A stretch of DNA of 64,000 nt from Sedimentisphaerales bacterium. Its GTDB lineage: Bacteria; Planctomycetota; Phycisphaerae; Sedimentisphaerales; SM23-30. Both the position numbers and the translations under genes were made by a program. This document shows positions 30,866 through 41,612 of the stretch, one piece after another. The stretch is from assembly GCA_963663965.2 (NCBI GenBank), contig CAXXFK010000028.1:576001-640000 (forward strand). The letters are read 5' to 3'. Within the stretch, counting starts at the first letter, position 1; every line of letters begins with the position of its first letter. Under the pieces are notes generated by a model that saw only the letters and a program-made list of their open reading frames with translations, was not told the origin of the DNA and searched no databases.

Positions 30866-31911
30866 TAAAATATCTGGTAAGATGAAGTAATTACTTTGCT
30901 TATAAAACATAAGAACAAAAAAGCTTGCTCAGAAAAAAGAAATGGTGGATTGTAGTACGAATAATGCCACCCGGCCAGACCCAGATGCGATCAAGCGACC
31001 ATCGCAAGGCAGAAGTCCGAAAGGGCCGTCTCAGGAGGGCGGAGGTTGGCGGGTTGTTAAGACGATAGTGAACAAGCGGCGGTAAGGTCTTGATATTTAA
31101 TGAGATGGGTGGTGGGTTTTGGAGGTTTGGGTTTGTTTGGCCTGGGTCTTTATGTAAGGTCAGGGGGGCGTTGACAGGAGGAGGGGGGGCGGTTGGGCTT
31201 GTTCTGGTTGGGTATTCGCTGCGCTCATGGGTGGAGATGATCTTTCGCCTCCGGTGCGAAATCCTGGCGGTAGCGGTGCGGGGGAGAATGGTTGATTGGA
31301 TGGTTGTAACTTGTTGTTATGTCTATGGATATGGGTGATTTTGGCGATGTTGGGTTCGTTTCGCATCGGGTGGGGGTGATGGGTCGATTTGGGCGGCCCA
31401 GATGGGGTTTGTTGATGAAGAGAGAAGATTTTGATCACGATGAATCGTGGACTCCGTACAGGGGGGCTGGTGGGGATGTTAAAGATGATTGATATTCTGT
31501 GAAAATAATATTTATAATTCGGGTGGCGATGGGTATACTGGGGCATTGATCTATGAAATGGGAATCGAGTAGTTGTCCAGTGGGCTGGATGGGAATGGTT
31601 TTGTGGTTTCTGGTCTGCTGGGTGATGCTCCTGAAAGTTGAGATGATGGTGTTTGTGATGGTGCATGATTGGTTTCAAAAAAGCAATAGGTCTTATAGGT
31701 CATTGGAGGAAGGAAGCGGGAGAAGAATATTTGCACCACAGAGGTCACCGAGGGCGCAGAGGAACAGCTGGAGTGGGGGGATGATGGATAAAAAGGGATA
31801 TGAGTTTAAAAGAATCCGAAGAATATAACAGCCATTTTTAACCACGGAAAAACGCGGAAAGACACGGAAGAAATATAAATCCAGGAAATTATTTATTTCA
31901 GGAGATTGGTT

Positions 31912-32301
31912 ATGGCCCAGAATGGAGCCGGTTTGAAGTATGAGGATGAGATCTTTGCGGTGCGAGGGGCGGTGTTTGAGGTCTATCGAGAGATGGGGAA
32001 CGGATTTCTGGAGGCGGTGTATCAGGAGTGTCTGGCGAAGGAACTGGCCGGGCGCGGGGTGCCGCATGTGGCACAATGGGAACTGGCGATTCGTTATAAA
32101 GGTGAGGCACTGGAACAGACTTACCGGCCAGATTTTGTTTGTTATGATAAGTTGATCGTGGAGATCAAGGCGGTGAAGGCTATTGCGGTGGAGCATAAAG
32201 CACAGGTGTTGAATTATTTGAAGGTGGCGGGGATGGAGGTGGGGTTGCTGGTGAATTTTGGGAGTTATCCGCAGGCTCAGATTGAACGGTTGATATTATG
32301 A
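31912..32301 (+). CDS. GxxExxY protein (PD-(D/E)XK nuclease-like fold)
   Basis: GNGFLEAVYQECL, YRPDFVC, IVEIKA, QVLNYLK, GLLVNFG. Confidence 0.93.
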   Translation: MAQNGAGLKYEDEIFAVRGAVFEVYREMGNGFLEAVYQECLAKELAGRGVPHVAQWELAIRYKGEALEQTYRPDFVCYDKLIVEIKAVKAIAVEHKAQVLNYLKVAGMEVGLLVNFGSYPQAQIERLIL

Positions 32302-32342
32302 ATGGAAAAGCGGGAGGATAAAAAGGAATATGAGTTTTGAAA

Positions 32343-32995
32343 AAGGCAAAGAAGATAACAGCTTTTTTTTAACCACGGAAAAACGCGGAAAGACACGGAA
32401 GAAAGGCAAAAGGCAGGATGCAAAATTGGGAAGGCAGGCGTTGTTTGTGATTTTTTTATTTTTGATGGAGGTTGTTGGCTAATGGGGGGTGATGTGTTAT
32501 GTGTCTAAAGTTTTACGGTGTTATGTATGATGGTGCCCGGCTATTGATTCTGCTGAAGGGATGTGAATGATGATGTGGAAGAAAACCTGTTTAGATCGGC
32601 CTGCCGTGGCGGATCTGCGGTATGGGCAATACAAGTATTACCCATCCCTATGCGATTTGGTGGTTTGTTTGGGATATAGGGTACAATTGAATGATATGAT
32701 AAATATAAAGGCAAAGAAGATAACAGCCATTTTTTACCACGGAAAAACGCGGAAAGACACGGAAGAAAGGCAAAATGCAGGATGCAAAATTGGAGGGGCT
32801 GGCGTTGTTTGTGATTTTTTTATTTTTGATGGGGGGAGAGGTGTTATGTGTCCAAAGCTTTACGGTGTTATGTTTGATGGTATCCGGCTGTTGATTCTGC
32901 TGAAGGAATGTGAATGATGATGTGGAAGAAAACCTGTTTAGATCAGCCCGCCGTGGCGGATCTGCGGTATGGGAAAAATAAGTTTTACCCATCCG
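32343..32995. repeat. ~364-bp tandem duplication (about 1.8 copies); its head is also present upstream of the GxxExxY gene (31786-31873)
   Basis: accacggaaaaacgcggaaagacacggaagaaa at 31841, 32372, 32736. Confidence 0.93.
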
Positions 32996-33560
32996 CGACT
33001 TAATATTTATTGAATCAAAAAATTTGAAAATAAACTTTATTGGGTAATTGAAAATGTCACAATTAATGTGTGGATTCAGAGATTGGATATGTGGACGTGT
33101 TGCTGATTCAGTTTTGTCATTAATTATGGGTAATGACAAGCTTGGCAAAGCTATTGACAGTGCAGTAAAAGTGTGGGCAGGGGGATTGAAAGAAAATGAA
33201 CATGTCGAACCAATTTCTTTATTCAATTATTACGATGGTTTAGTAGATGATGCAATGCATCCACATTATTTCAAGCTTCAGCAGACACTAAAAAGCAGAA
33301 ATTTGCCTAAGAAAAGGGAAATTTTCGATGCACTAATGGAAAATTGGTTACATGTAAAAGAAAATATTTCTGAGCCGCAACCATTTTATAATTTAGAAAT
33401 AAATATAGCGAAAGAAAAGCTCGAACAACTGGCAGAATTAATTTATGAAGCCTGTAAACAAAATGAAGAAATGTTTCGAAACTTTATGATTGCCGGCATG
33501 GATGAATTGTTGTCGATCCAAAAAATGAAAGTTAGCCCATACTGCGATATTATACAATAT

Positions 33561-34974
33561 CACTCTTGTCCAAAATAAATTTTGACAATTAAATAGAGAT
33601 ATCTCCAGGATGAGTTATATTAAAGTTGCAAAAAAATAAAAAACTCAGCTGGAGATATAAACCCATGATAAAGTCAGGCAGTCTGTTTACGCAAGTACTT
33701 TCTCTGGTAGATCGTAATGAATTTGCCCGATCTGTAGATCGATTTGGGGCGGAAAAGCATTGCAAGGGCTTCCGTTGCTGGGATCAGTTTGTGTCAATGA
33801 TGTTTTGCCAGTTGGCCGGTGCGAACTCCCTGCGTGAGATCTGTGGTGGATTATCCACGGCCCTGGGCAAATTGACCCATCTGGGCATGAAAGAGGCGCC
33901 CTCCCGTTCCACCCTGAGCTACGCGAATACTCAGCGGCCATGGCAGTTGTATGAAGCGACCTTCTATCAGCTTTATCAGTATGGCGCTGAGATCGCCGGT
34001 AAGCAGAAGCGGCGCTTCCGATTCAAGAACCCGTTATTCAGCATAGATGCCAGCACCATTGACTTGTGCCTTAAGGTGTTTGACTGGGCCAGATTTCGGC
34101 AGCGTAAAGGAGCGGTGAAACTCCACATGATGCTTGATCACCAGGGCTGTTTGCCCAGTTGGGCCTGGATCACCGACGGCAAGGTTCATGATGTCAAAGC
34201 GGCCAGAATGCTTGATTTAGAGCCGGGAACGATCGTAGCGATGGATCGAGGGTATGTCGATTACGAATTATTTGACCACTGGACTGAAACCGGTGTCTGG
34301 TTTGTCACCAAAGCCAAAAGTAATATGAACTACCGCGTGGTCGAATCTCGGGAGGTTCCTGAGAGAGGCAATATTCTGTCCGATGAGTTGATCGAATTTA
34401 CCGGTTATCAAGCCCAAAAAAGATGCCCTCGTGTGATGCGGCGGATTGTGGTATGGGATGCGGAAAATGAGCGTGAGATTACCTTGCTGACCAATCATCT
34501 GACATTTGCCGCCAGCACGATCAGTTCGATCTACAAAGATCGCTGGCAGATTGAGTTGTTTTTCAAGGCGCTCAAGCAGAATTTAAAAGTAAAGACCTTT
34601 GTGGGTACCAGCGAAAATGCCGTCAAGACACAGATTTGGACAGCATTGATATGTAGCTTAATACTGAAGATCATGCAGATGCGTTCCCGTTTTGGCTGGA
34701 GCCTGTCTAACCTGGCCGCCCTGTTAAGGCTTAACTTGATGACTTATCGTGAGTTGTGGACATGGCTGGATAATCCGTATCAAACGGCGGCATTAGGGCC
34801 GCCTGTCAACCAGCCCTTATTGTTTGAACTGTAACTTGGACAGCATGAAATATAACCGTATAAAAAAACAGGGTAACCTGAACTCAGAAAATGGAAAAAT
34901 CTGTCTGAAACAACCCTTTCAGGCCGGTTTAGAGACAACATGTTAGAGATTTCAATTTATTTTGGACAGCAGTG
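33561..34974 (+). mobile_element. IS4-family insertion sequence (1414 bp)
   Basis: IRs cactcttgtccaaaataaatt / aatttattttggacagcagtg (19/21); 9-bp TSD atacaatat at 33552-33560 and 34975-34983. Confidence 0.95.
33665..34834 (+). CDS. IS4 family DDE transposase (DUF4372-type N-terminus)
   Basis: FRCWDQFVSMMFCQL, IDASTIDL, KLHMMLD, MDRGY, YKDRWQIELFFK. Confidence 0.95.
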   Translation: MIKSGSLFTQVLSLVDRNEFARSVDRFGAEKHCKGFRCWDQFVSMMFCQLAGANSLREICGGLSTALGKLTHLGMKEAPSRSTLSYANTQRPWQLYEATFYQLYQYGAEIAGKQKRRFRFKNPLFSIDASTIDLCLKVFDWARFRQRKGAVKLHMMLDHQGCLPSWAWITDGKVHDVKAARMLDLEPGTIVAMDRGYVDYELFDHWTETGVWFVTKAKSNMNYRVVESREVPERGNILSDELIEFTGYQAQKRCPRVMRRIVVWDAENEREITLLTNHLTFAASTISSIYKDRWQIELFFKALKQNLKVKTFVGTSENAVKTQIWTALICSLILKIMQMRSRFGWSLSNLAALLRLNLMTYRELWTWLDNPYQTAALGPPVNQPLLFEL

Positions 34975-37900
34975 ATACAATATGGTATATCAAAAATGAT
35001 ACCAAATGATCTGGCAGGTGTAGAGTATGGAAAAGAAAACCCGATGCTCAATGTCCCGCCACCAGTTAATATCCTTTCCCAAAGAAAAGAAACAGTATCT
35101 CAAATAATTACCGATATTCAACAACATACATGGATTGTAATGCAAGGAGACTATGGTGCAGGCAAGACGCAACTTATTGCCCAAGCATGTCAGCATTTAG
35201 GAAGTATAATGGGTTGGCTTAGTCTTCATAATACACAAGATATTCGTGAAGCTACGTGTAGACTTGATAATGCAGTATGCTTAATGGTTGGGGTAGACCT
35301 AAAAAGCCAATGTGGAGTTATTAAGGCGTATGAAAGCCTTGCCAAAAACAATAAATCCGGTTCAATTTTTGTAATTGATGATTTACCACGGTTATCAGGC
35401 TCTGACTTTATGAGTCAAAGATTATTGACACTTAAAAATATCTTTACTCAATACGGTCACCATATTATTACAATATCAAATTATCAATTACCTCAATCAT
35501 TATTAGATAGCGATATATTGTCGATTAATGTTCCACCATTTAATGCTGACGAAATTAATGAATTACTACTTTTACATGGGGCCCCAGCTAGTTTATTAGA
35601 TAAATCCATGTTAGGTTTATTTGAATGTATGACCAATGGGAATGGAACTTTACTGGTTGCATTAGCTAGATACTTACTTAAGAATAATTGGATCTTAAAC
35701 AAAAGTAATTTAAAAGCAATATTTGGAGGAGAGTATGCTACACATTTAGCAGAGCAAGTAATTTTACGACTTGTTGATACTGTTGATGATAACAGCAGAG
35801 AACTATTGTATAGGTTGAATTGTGTGTTAGGGAATTTTGGTGTTGATGAAGTTAATATTGTTGCTCAAATAGAACCAAACATTGAAAGACCCTTAGAAAG
35901 TCTAATGCATTTGAAAGGCATGTGGATTCAATGTAAAGGTAATAATGAATATGCTATATCCCCGCTAGTCAAACAGCTTGGGAATGCCAATATTAGTAAA
36001 AGTAAATATATCAATATATCGAGGATACTCGGTGAGAATATAATGAAAAGGGAGAAGAAGAACCAGTATGACGCACAAACGGCAATCTTATACTTTATTG
36101 CTGCTCAAGAATATACTAAAGCTGTATTAATATTGATTAGCGTATTACAATCATCAATTATTAACAATCAACGAATTGATGATACCTGCTTGGGAATAAT
36201 ATGGCTTGAAACCAAAATTCCCAATCAAGTTCCAATATCATTGCGTATTGTATTAAGAGGTATGCAAATAGCAGTTAATTTTAATAATGCGAACATATCA
36301 TATCTAATGAACGACTTGAATATTTTGGTTGAATCGGCAAGTGCGGATCATTTATTTTCTATATTTTCTTCGATGGTCATGATTTTAGGGAAAGTTGATC
36401 TTAAAAAAATCGATTTAAAATTAGTTTGTCCAATAATAGCAAAAACGATCAAATTGATATATGAACATTCATCGGAAGACAGTTCTGGTATATCTTTATG
36501 TAGTGAATTTCCATTAGATATAGCAGTTAATATGCCAGTATCGGGTATTACAACATATGAAGATTTGCGGGTTTGGATTGAATTTCTAGAATCTGTGCCT
36601 GTTAGTATAAGAGAAGAAGCTCTATCCAATGAAAATGGAATTGAAGCATGCATCCATGCTTTTAATGGTTTATGGTTGAAGGAGTATGAAAAAACTGAAA
36701 ATAAGGACTGGGGTAAGTTGCAGAGTATTTGTGAAGAAGTTGGATCGCAGGCAAAACGGTTAGAATTAGAAGTGTTGTGGGCTTGCGCTCAAAGAACGAT
36801 AATCATAATTAATGCTGATAATCAGGACGATATTGAGCATGCAGAGAATATTGCCAATGATGCATTAATACAATGTAAAGGAGAAAAAAAGGCAATATTT
36901 ATTATTTGTAACACATTAGGATGTCAATATTATTATAAAAAGATGAATGATAAAGCTTATTTTTGGCTTTCCAGGGCTTTAGATGAAGGAGATGGACAAT
37001 TATTCCCAACAATGAAATTAATGAATTTTAATTATTTAAGTTGCATTGTAGGTAAAAATGACAAGGTGAAATCTTTGGATTATTCTCAGTTCGCTTTAGA
37101 TTATGCACTTAATTATGCCACGCATCTGCCATTAGAGCAAGCTAGGGCATATGGTGAACTAGGAGTGGCAAGATGGTTGAGTGGCGAAAAAATGATATCG
37201 GTCTTTCAATGTCTTGATGAAGGTATGCGTATTCTTTTAGAAAACAAAGAGGGTGATAAACATTGGAAAGCGCTTGTTGTATCTATGGGGCATACAATCA
37301 ATTATTTTTATACCCTTATTAAAACAGGTACAGCGCCAAGTATGGCTAGTGATGGCAGTACTTATGTAGCACCATTTCGAGGCCAGTATTATATGCCGAA
37401 TTTTGATGAAAGGGCCCAGCTATATAGCGATGACACAATAAGTTCCATTTGTCTTTTTATGGCACAATGGGCTGAAATAGAACAGGATTATATTAATGCA
37501 TCTTATTGGGCAAATAATGCTATCACACGATGTGATAATGCACAGAAAATGATTTATGAATGCATAATTATTGGTGTTGTTATTTCAAATGCCATAATAC
37601 AAAATCAATATGGTGAAGCAATTAAGAAATCTTATAGTGCAGGTATCAGTTATGCAGTTTTGTCAAGTGATAATTTTAATCATACCATGTTAGGTGAATG
37701 CTGCAAAGAATTAGAAAGTATTTTGAAAAACAAGTCAAGCCAGAACTTAGAAAAAGCTGATGTACAGGCATGTGTATTATTTGTATTGCCAGCTGTAATA
37801 AATATTCTGAGAATTTATTTGACTGATATTGACCAAGCACAAATATTGTTAGAAAAATTAAAATTAGAATTGGATAATTTTAAAGAGAGGGCTTCATTTC

Positions 37901-38739
37901 CATTGTTGTGGAATATGACAACAAACCTTATTTCTGAAATATTTAATCCAGCTATTTCGACAAATACATTGATTGATCATATAAAGGAATTTAAAAAGCA
38001 TGATTTAAATGTACTGCAAGCGATATGCTATTGTGGTATTTCGATAAAAAAGGATGCTAAACTTACATCTGTGATGAAATGTCAGTTAATGGCGCTATCT
38101 TGGATATTTAAAAGCACATCCAATTCTCCGATGATTCAAAATATGATTATCATACCTTTCTTTAAAGAGTATTGGATTTCTCGATATGAATCACAGCGAT
38201 TTCGATTTAATATGTTAGGGGAACTTGAGAAAGAGCTATCTGAGGCAAAGAAAGCAAACGGTCAACAAGGGTTAAAAGCTATGTTTAAAGCGATTTCTAA
38301 TTCTTTGGGAGTTTCATATGATATGCGTTACTTTGATTGGGAATAGTAAATTTGTATTTTAGAGAATGTTTTAGTCCTGAAATAGCGCTTGTCATGAGAC
38401 ATACAAGAGTTGCTGAGACAAGCAGGGAGGATTGGAAAAGGGATTGTATGGACGGACACGGACTGGCACAGACATGCACGGACAGACACCGGGATTGGGA
38501 TGATGTGTATATGAAATTTGAGATTTAAAAAGAAGATTGTGTTTGATTTTTTATCCGCCGGTCTGGTGACATGTGTTTCGATGGTAATAGGCTTGATTTG
38601 AATAGTGTCGTCCCTACGGGACTTGTTGGTGTATGGGGGATGGGTGGTCCCGCAGTTGAAACTGCGGGCTATGTACTTTTGTCCCTGGCGGGACTTTTAT
38701 TGAAACCAATACATTGATTTTTGTTTGAGAGTGGTGAAT

Positions 38740-38928
38740 TGGGATATCAGAGCGGATTTTGATAAGGAGCGGCGGGCGATGGAGAAGATCTGGAAGAGCC
38801 GGGAGAAGCAGATCGAGACGGTCTTGGGGAACCTGGGTGGGATTGAAGGGGCGTTGCAGGGGTATTTGGGGACGAAGGCGCTGGGTGAAGGTGGGATAAC
38901 GATGTTGGAGGGGATGGGGGAGGAATGA
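38740..38928 (+). pseudogene. C-terminal fragment resembling DUF2130 proteins
   Basis: DKERRAMEKIWKSREKQIETV...GIEGALQG; no N-terminal part, preceded by REP palindromes. Confidence 0.55.
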
Positions 38929-39034
38929 TCGGGGGGGGGGTATTATATGGGCAATCACGGGGGATTGCCCCTACAGGGGGGGAGATATTGAAGGCCGGGA
39001 AGGGGGGATCAAATTTGGGGTGGGAAACTGTGTG

Positions 39035-39817
39035 TTAGAGGGGTTGGATGGGGCTGAAGAGTTTGTTGGTGGTGCGGCCGAGGCGGGCGGCGAGGGTTCG
39101 GGCGGTGATTTCCATGATTTTGAGGCAGAGTTGCGGGTGTTGTTTTTTGAGGGTGGTGAATCCGGCTTTGCCGATCTGGATGAGTCGTGAGGGGTTGACG
39201 GCCATGATGGTGGCGGAGTGGGGTTCGTCGGTAACCATGGTGTATTCGCCGAAGATCTGGCCGGCGGAGACGACGGCGAGTTGGCGGTTGGGGTCGGGCT
39301 GAGCGCTTTTGAAGATGTTGAGCAGGCCGGAAAAGACGATGAAGAGGCCGCGGAGGTCGGCGTCGGATTCGTTGATGCGGTAGAGGATTTCGCGGGGTTG
39401 GAGGTCGCGTAAGGTGATGATGGGCAGCAGGTTGTGGCAATCTTCGGAGGAAAGGGATTGAAAGAGGGGGAATTCGGAAAGGAATTCGAGCAGCCAGGCG
39501 GCACCCTGATGGACGTATGCACGGACGAGCTGGCGGTATTGATCGGCCAGGCCGGTGAAGCCCAGGCCGCAATAGAACTGGTTGAACTGGGAGTCTTTGC
39601 GGGTCCAGACGACGCGGGCGGCGGCATCGATGATCTGTTCGTGATTGTCGAGCAGGATGCGGGCCTGGATGATTTCGCCGGGGAGGAGTTCGGTGGTAAG
39701 GCGGACACAAAGGCCGTTTTCGCTGAGGTTGACGGGCCGGGCGGGGGGCAGAGCGGAACCGTCGGAACGGGTGAGTTCGATACCAAAAGCAGTAATTATG
39801 CGGGGTACCATGGGCAT
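39035..39817 (-). CDS. PilZ-like plus cyclic-nucleotide-binding domain protein
   Basis: VNLSENGLCV...ARVVWTR...GLGF, then PLFQSLS...GQIFGEYTMVTDEPHSATIMA. Confidence 0.85.
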   Translation of the reverse strand: MPMVPRIITAFGIELTRSDGSALPPARPVNLSENGLCVRLTTELLPGEIIQARILLDNHEQIIDAAARVVWTRKDSQFNQFYCGLGFTGLADQYRQLVRAYVHQGAAWLLEFLSEFPLFQSLSSEDCHNLLPIITLRDLQPREILYRINESDADLRGLFIVFSGLLNIFKSAQPDPNRQLAVVSAGQIFGEYTMVTDEPHSATIMAVNPSRLIQIGKAGFTTLKKQHPQLCLKIMEITARTLAARLGRTTNKLFSPIQPL

Positions 39818-40180
39818 AGGCGATGGCTCAGTTAACAGATATTGATGTGGCCGGGCGGGCCGGCCAGGACTTTCTATTTATTATTTCGGCAGGTCGGGTA
39901 AGAGACGTGAATCTGGAGCGTTATAGATAGGTGAACCGGCCGCACTGAAGCCCATTTTTGGCATAGTAATCATCAGTTTCCAGTTCAGTAATATGGTCGA
40001 TTCGCGCAAGATTTTCCTTGTATAAGTGACTAAAGGTTGACTATGCTTATAGTTATAGAGGTGAGAACGGGCCGCAGGCTGTTGGCCGGCTGGGAATATT
40101 ACGGTTGGCAGCGGCGGCATAAATGCCATTTAAGTATTTAATATTAAATAAGTTATCATCTAAAGGCTCAAGAGAGTGTT

Positions 40181-41599
40181 ATGAACAGCCACGATGTATC
40201 CATGCGAAAACTGCTGGATCGGATTGAAGATCTGATCGAGACCCAGAGTCTGGATGAGCTGCGGTCACTGCTGGCGGATTCGCGGTCATCGGATGTGGCG
40301 GAAGTGGTTGAGGTGTTGGATGAGGTGGCCCGTCAGATCCTGTTCGATCTGCTGGAGCCGAAAGAGGCGGCGGTGGTTCTGGAGAAGATCGACGAGGCGA
40401 TTCGTAATGAGATATACGAAGAGCTGAGCGATGATGAACTGCGCGATATGGTGCAGAGTCTGCCCCCGGATGAGGCGGCGGATATTGTGGCGGAGCTGCC
40501 GGAAGCGCGTACTGAGGGATTGCTGGATCTGATACCGGACGCGGAATCGGAACAGATCGAAAAGCTGTTGACGTATGAGGATGATACGGCCGGCGGTATT
40601 ATGACGCCGGAACTGGTGCGGGTACGGATCGATCAGACGATCCGGGAGGCGATCGAAGAGTTTCGCAAGTTCGATCCGGAAGAGGATGAGGTGTTTTACG
40701 CGTTTGTGGTGGATGGACACGGGATCTATAAAGGGGTGGTATCGGTGCATTCGATGCTGCGGTATCCGAGAATCACACCGTTAAAGGATGTGATGGAGGA
40801 TGAACTGCCGACGATCGAAGCGCATATGGATCAGGAGGCGATCGCGAATATATTCCGTAAGAACGACCTGTATGTAGCGCCGGTCGTGGACCGCCAGGGC
40901 CGGTTGCTGGGCCGGATTACGGTGGATGATGTAGTGGATGTCATGGAAGAAGAGGCGGAAGAGGATGTGATGGTGATGGCGGGAACGCATCCGGATGAAT
41001 TTTTGACGAATCAGCCGCTCAAGGCGGCGTCGGTCCGGCTGCCGTGGCTGCTGACGTGTATGGTGAGCAGTATGTGTTCGGCGGGGATTATCTATCGGAT
41101 TTTCGGGGCGCAGATCGCGGCGGTGGACTGGGCGTGTCTGCTGATGTTTGTGCCGGCGATCGCGGCGATGGGCGGCAACAGCGGGATGCAGACCTCGACG
41201 GTGGTGGTGCGCGGATTGGCGACGGGTGACCTGGCGGCGATGGATCTATTTCAGGTGTTTGCGCGTGAATTCAAGGTATCGTCGATCGTTTCGGTGATCT
41301 GCGGGATGCTGTCGGGGATTATGGCGTATATCTGGCTGCATGTGTCGCCGGCCCGGGTGCAGGACGCGCCGCCGTTCGATATGGGGCATTCGCTGCCGCT
41401 GGGGCTGGCGGTGGGGAGCGCGATGTTTCTGGCGATCCAGATCTCGACGTTTATGGGGATGGTGCTGCCGTACCTGTTCCGGCGGATGGGGATCGATCCG
41501 GCGATCAGTTCGGGGCCGCTGGTGACGACGGCCAACGATATGCTGAGCTATCTGATTTATTTCAGCCTGGCGCTGCTGTTTCTGGGGATTGTGAATTGA
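40181..41599 (+). CDS. mgtE: Magnesium transporter MgtE
   Basis: DTAGGIMT, CBS pair, LLGRITVDD, RLPWL, GGNSGMQ, DPAISSGPLVTTAND. Confidence 0.96.
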   Translation: MNSHDVSMRKLLDRIEDLIETQSLDELRSLLADSRSSDVAEVVEVLDEVARQILFDLLEPKEAAVVLEKIDEAIRNEIYEELSDDELRDMVQSLPPDEAADIVAELPEARTEGLLDLIPDAESEQIEKLLTYEDDTAGGIMTPELVRVRIDQTIREAIEEFRKFDPEEDEVFYAFVVDGHGIYKGVVSVHSMLRYPRITPLKDVMEDELPTIEAHMDQEAIANIFRKNDLYVAPVVDRQGRLLGRITVDDVVDVMEEEAEEDVMVMAGTHPDEFLTNQPLKAASVRLPWLLTCMVSSMCSAGIIYRIFGAQIAAVDWACLLMFVPAIAAMGGNSGMQTSTVVVRGLATGDLAAMDLFQVFAREFKVSSIVSVICGMLSGIMAYIWLHVSPARVQDAPPFDMGHSLPLGLAVGSAMFLAIQISTFMGMVLPYLFRRMGIDPAISSGPLVTTANDMLSYLIYFSLALLFLGIVN

Positions 41600-41612
41600 G
41601 GATGAGCGGGCG

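Larger units (their letters stand above)
33054..38346 (+). pseudogene. ~1290-aa STAND-like P-loop NTPase with helical/TPR-like C-terminus, interrupted by IS4
   Basis: Removing IS 33561-34974 and one TSD joins ...PYCDIIQY to GISKMIPND... in frame; Walker A GDYGAGKT, Walker B FVIDD; very AT-rich. Confidence 0.85.

Noticed and set aside
30960..31060. Glycine-riboswitch-like words (ccgaaag...tctcagg)
   Set aside because: Only partial resemblance, no GGAGA-type start and no downstream cognate gene
39820..40180. M-box riboswitch upstream of mgtE
   Set aside because: I could not find the conserved core; an Infernal/Rfam search would be decisive
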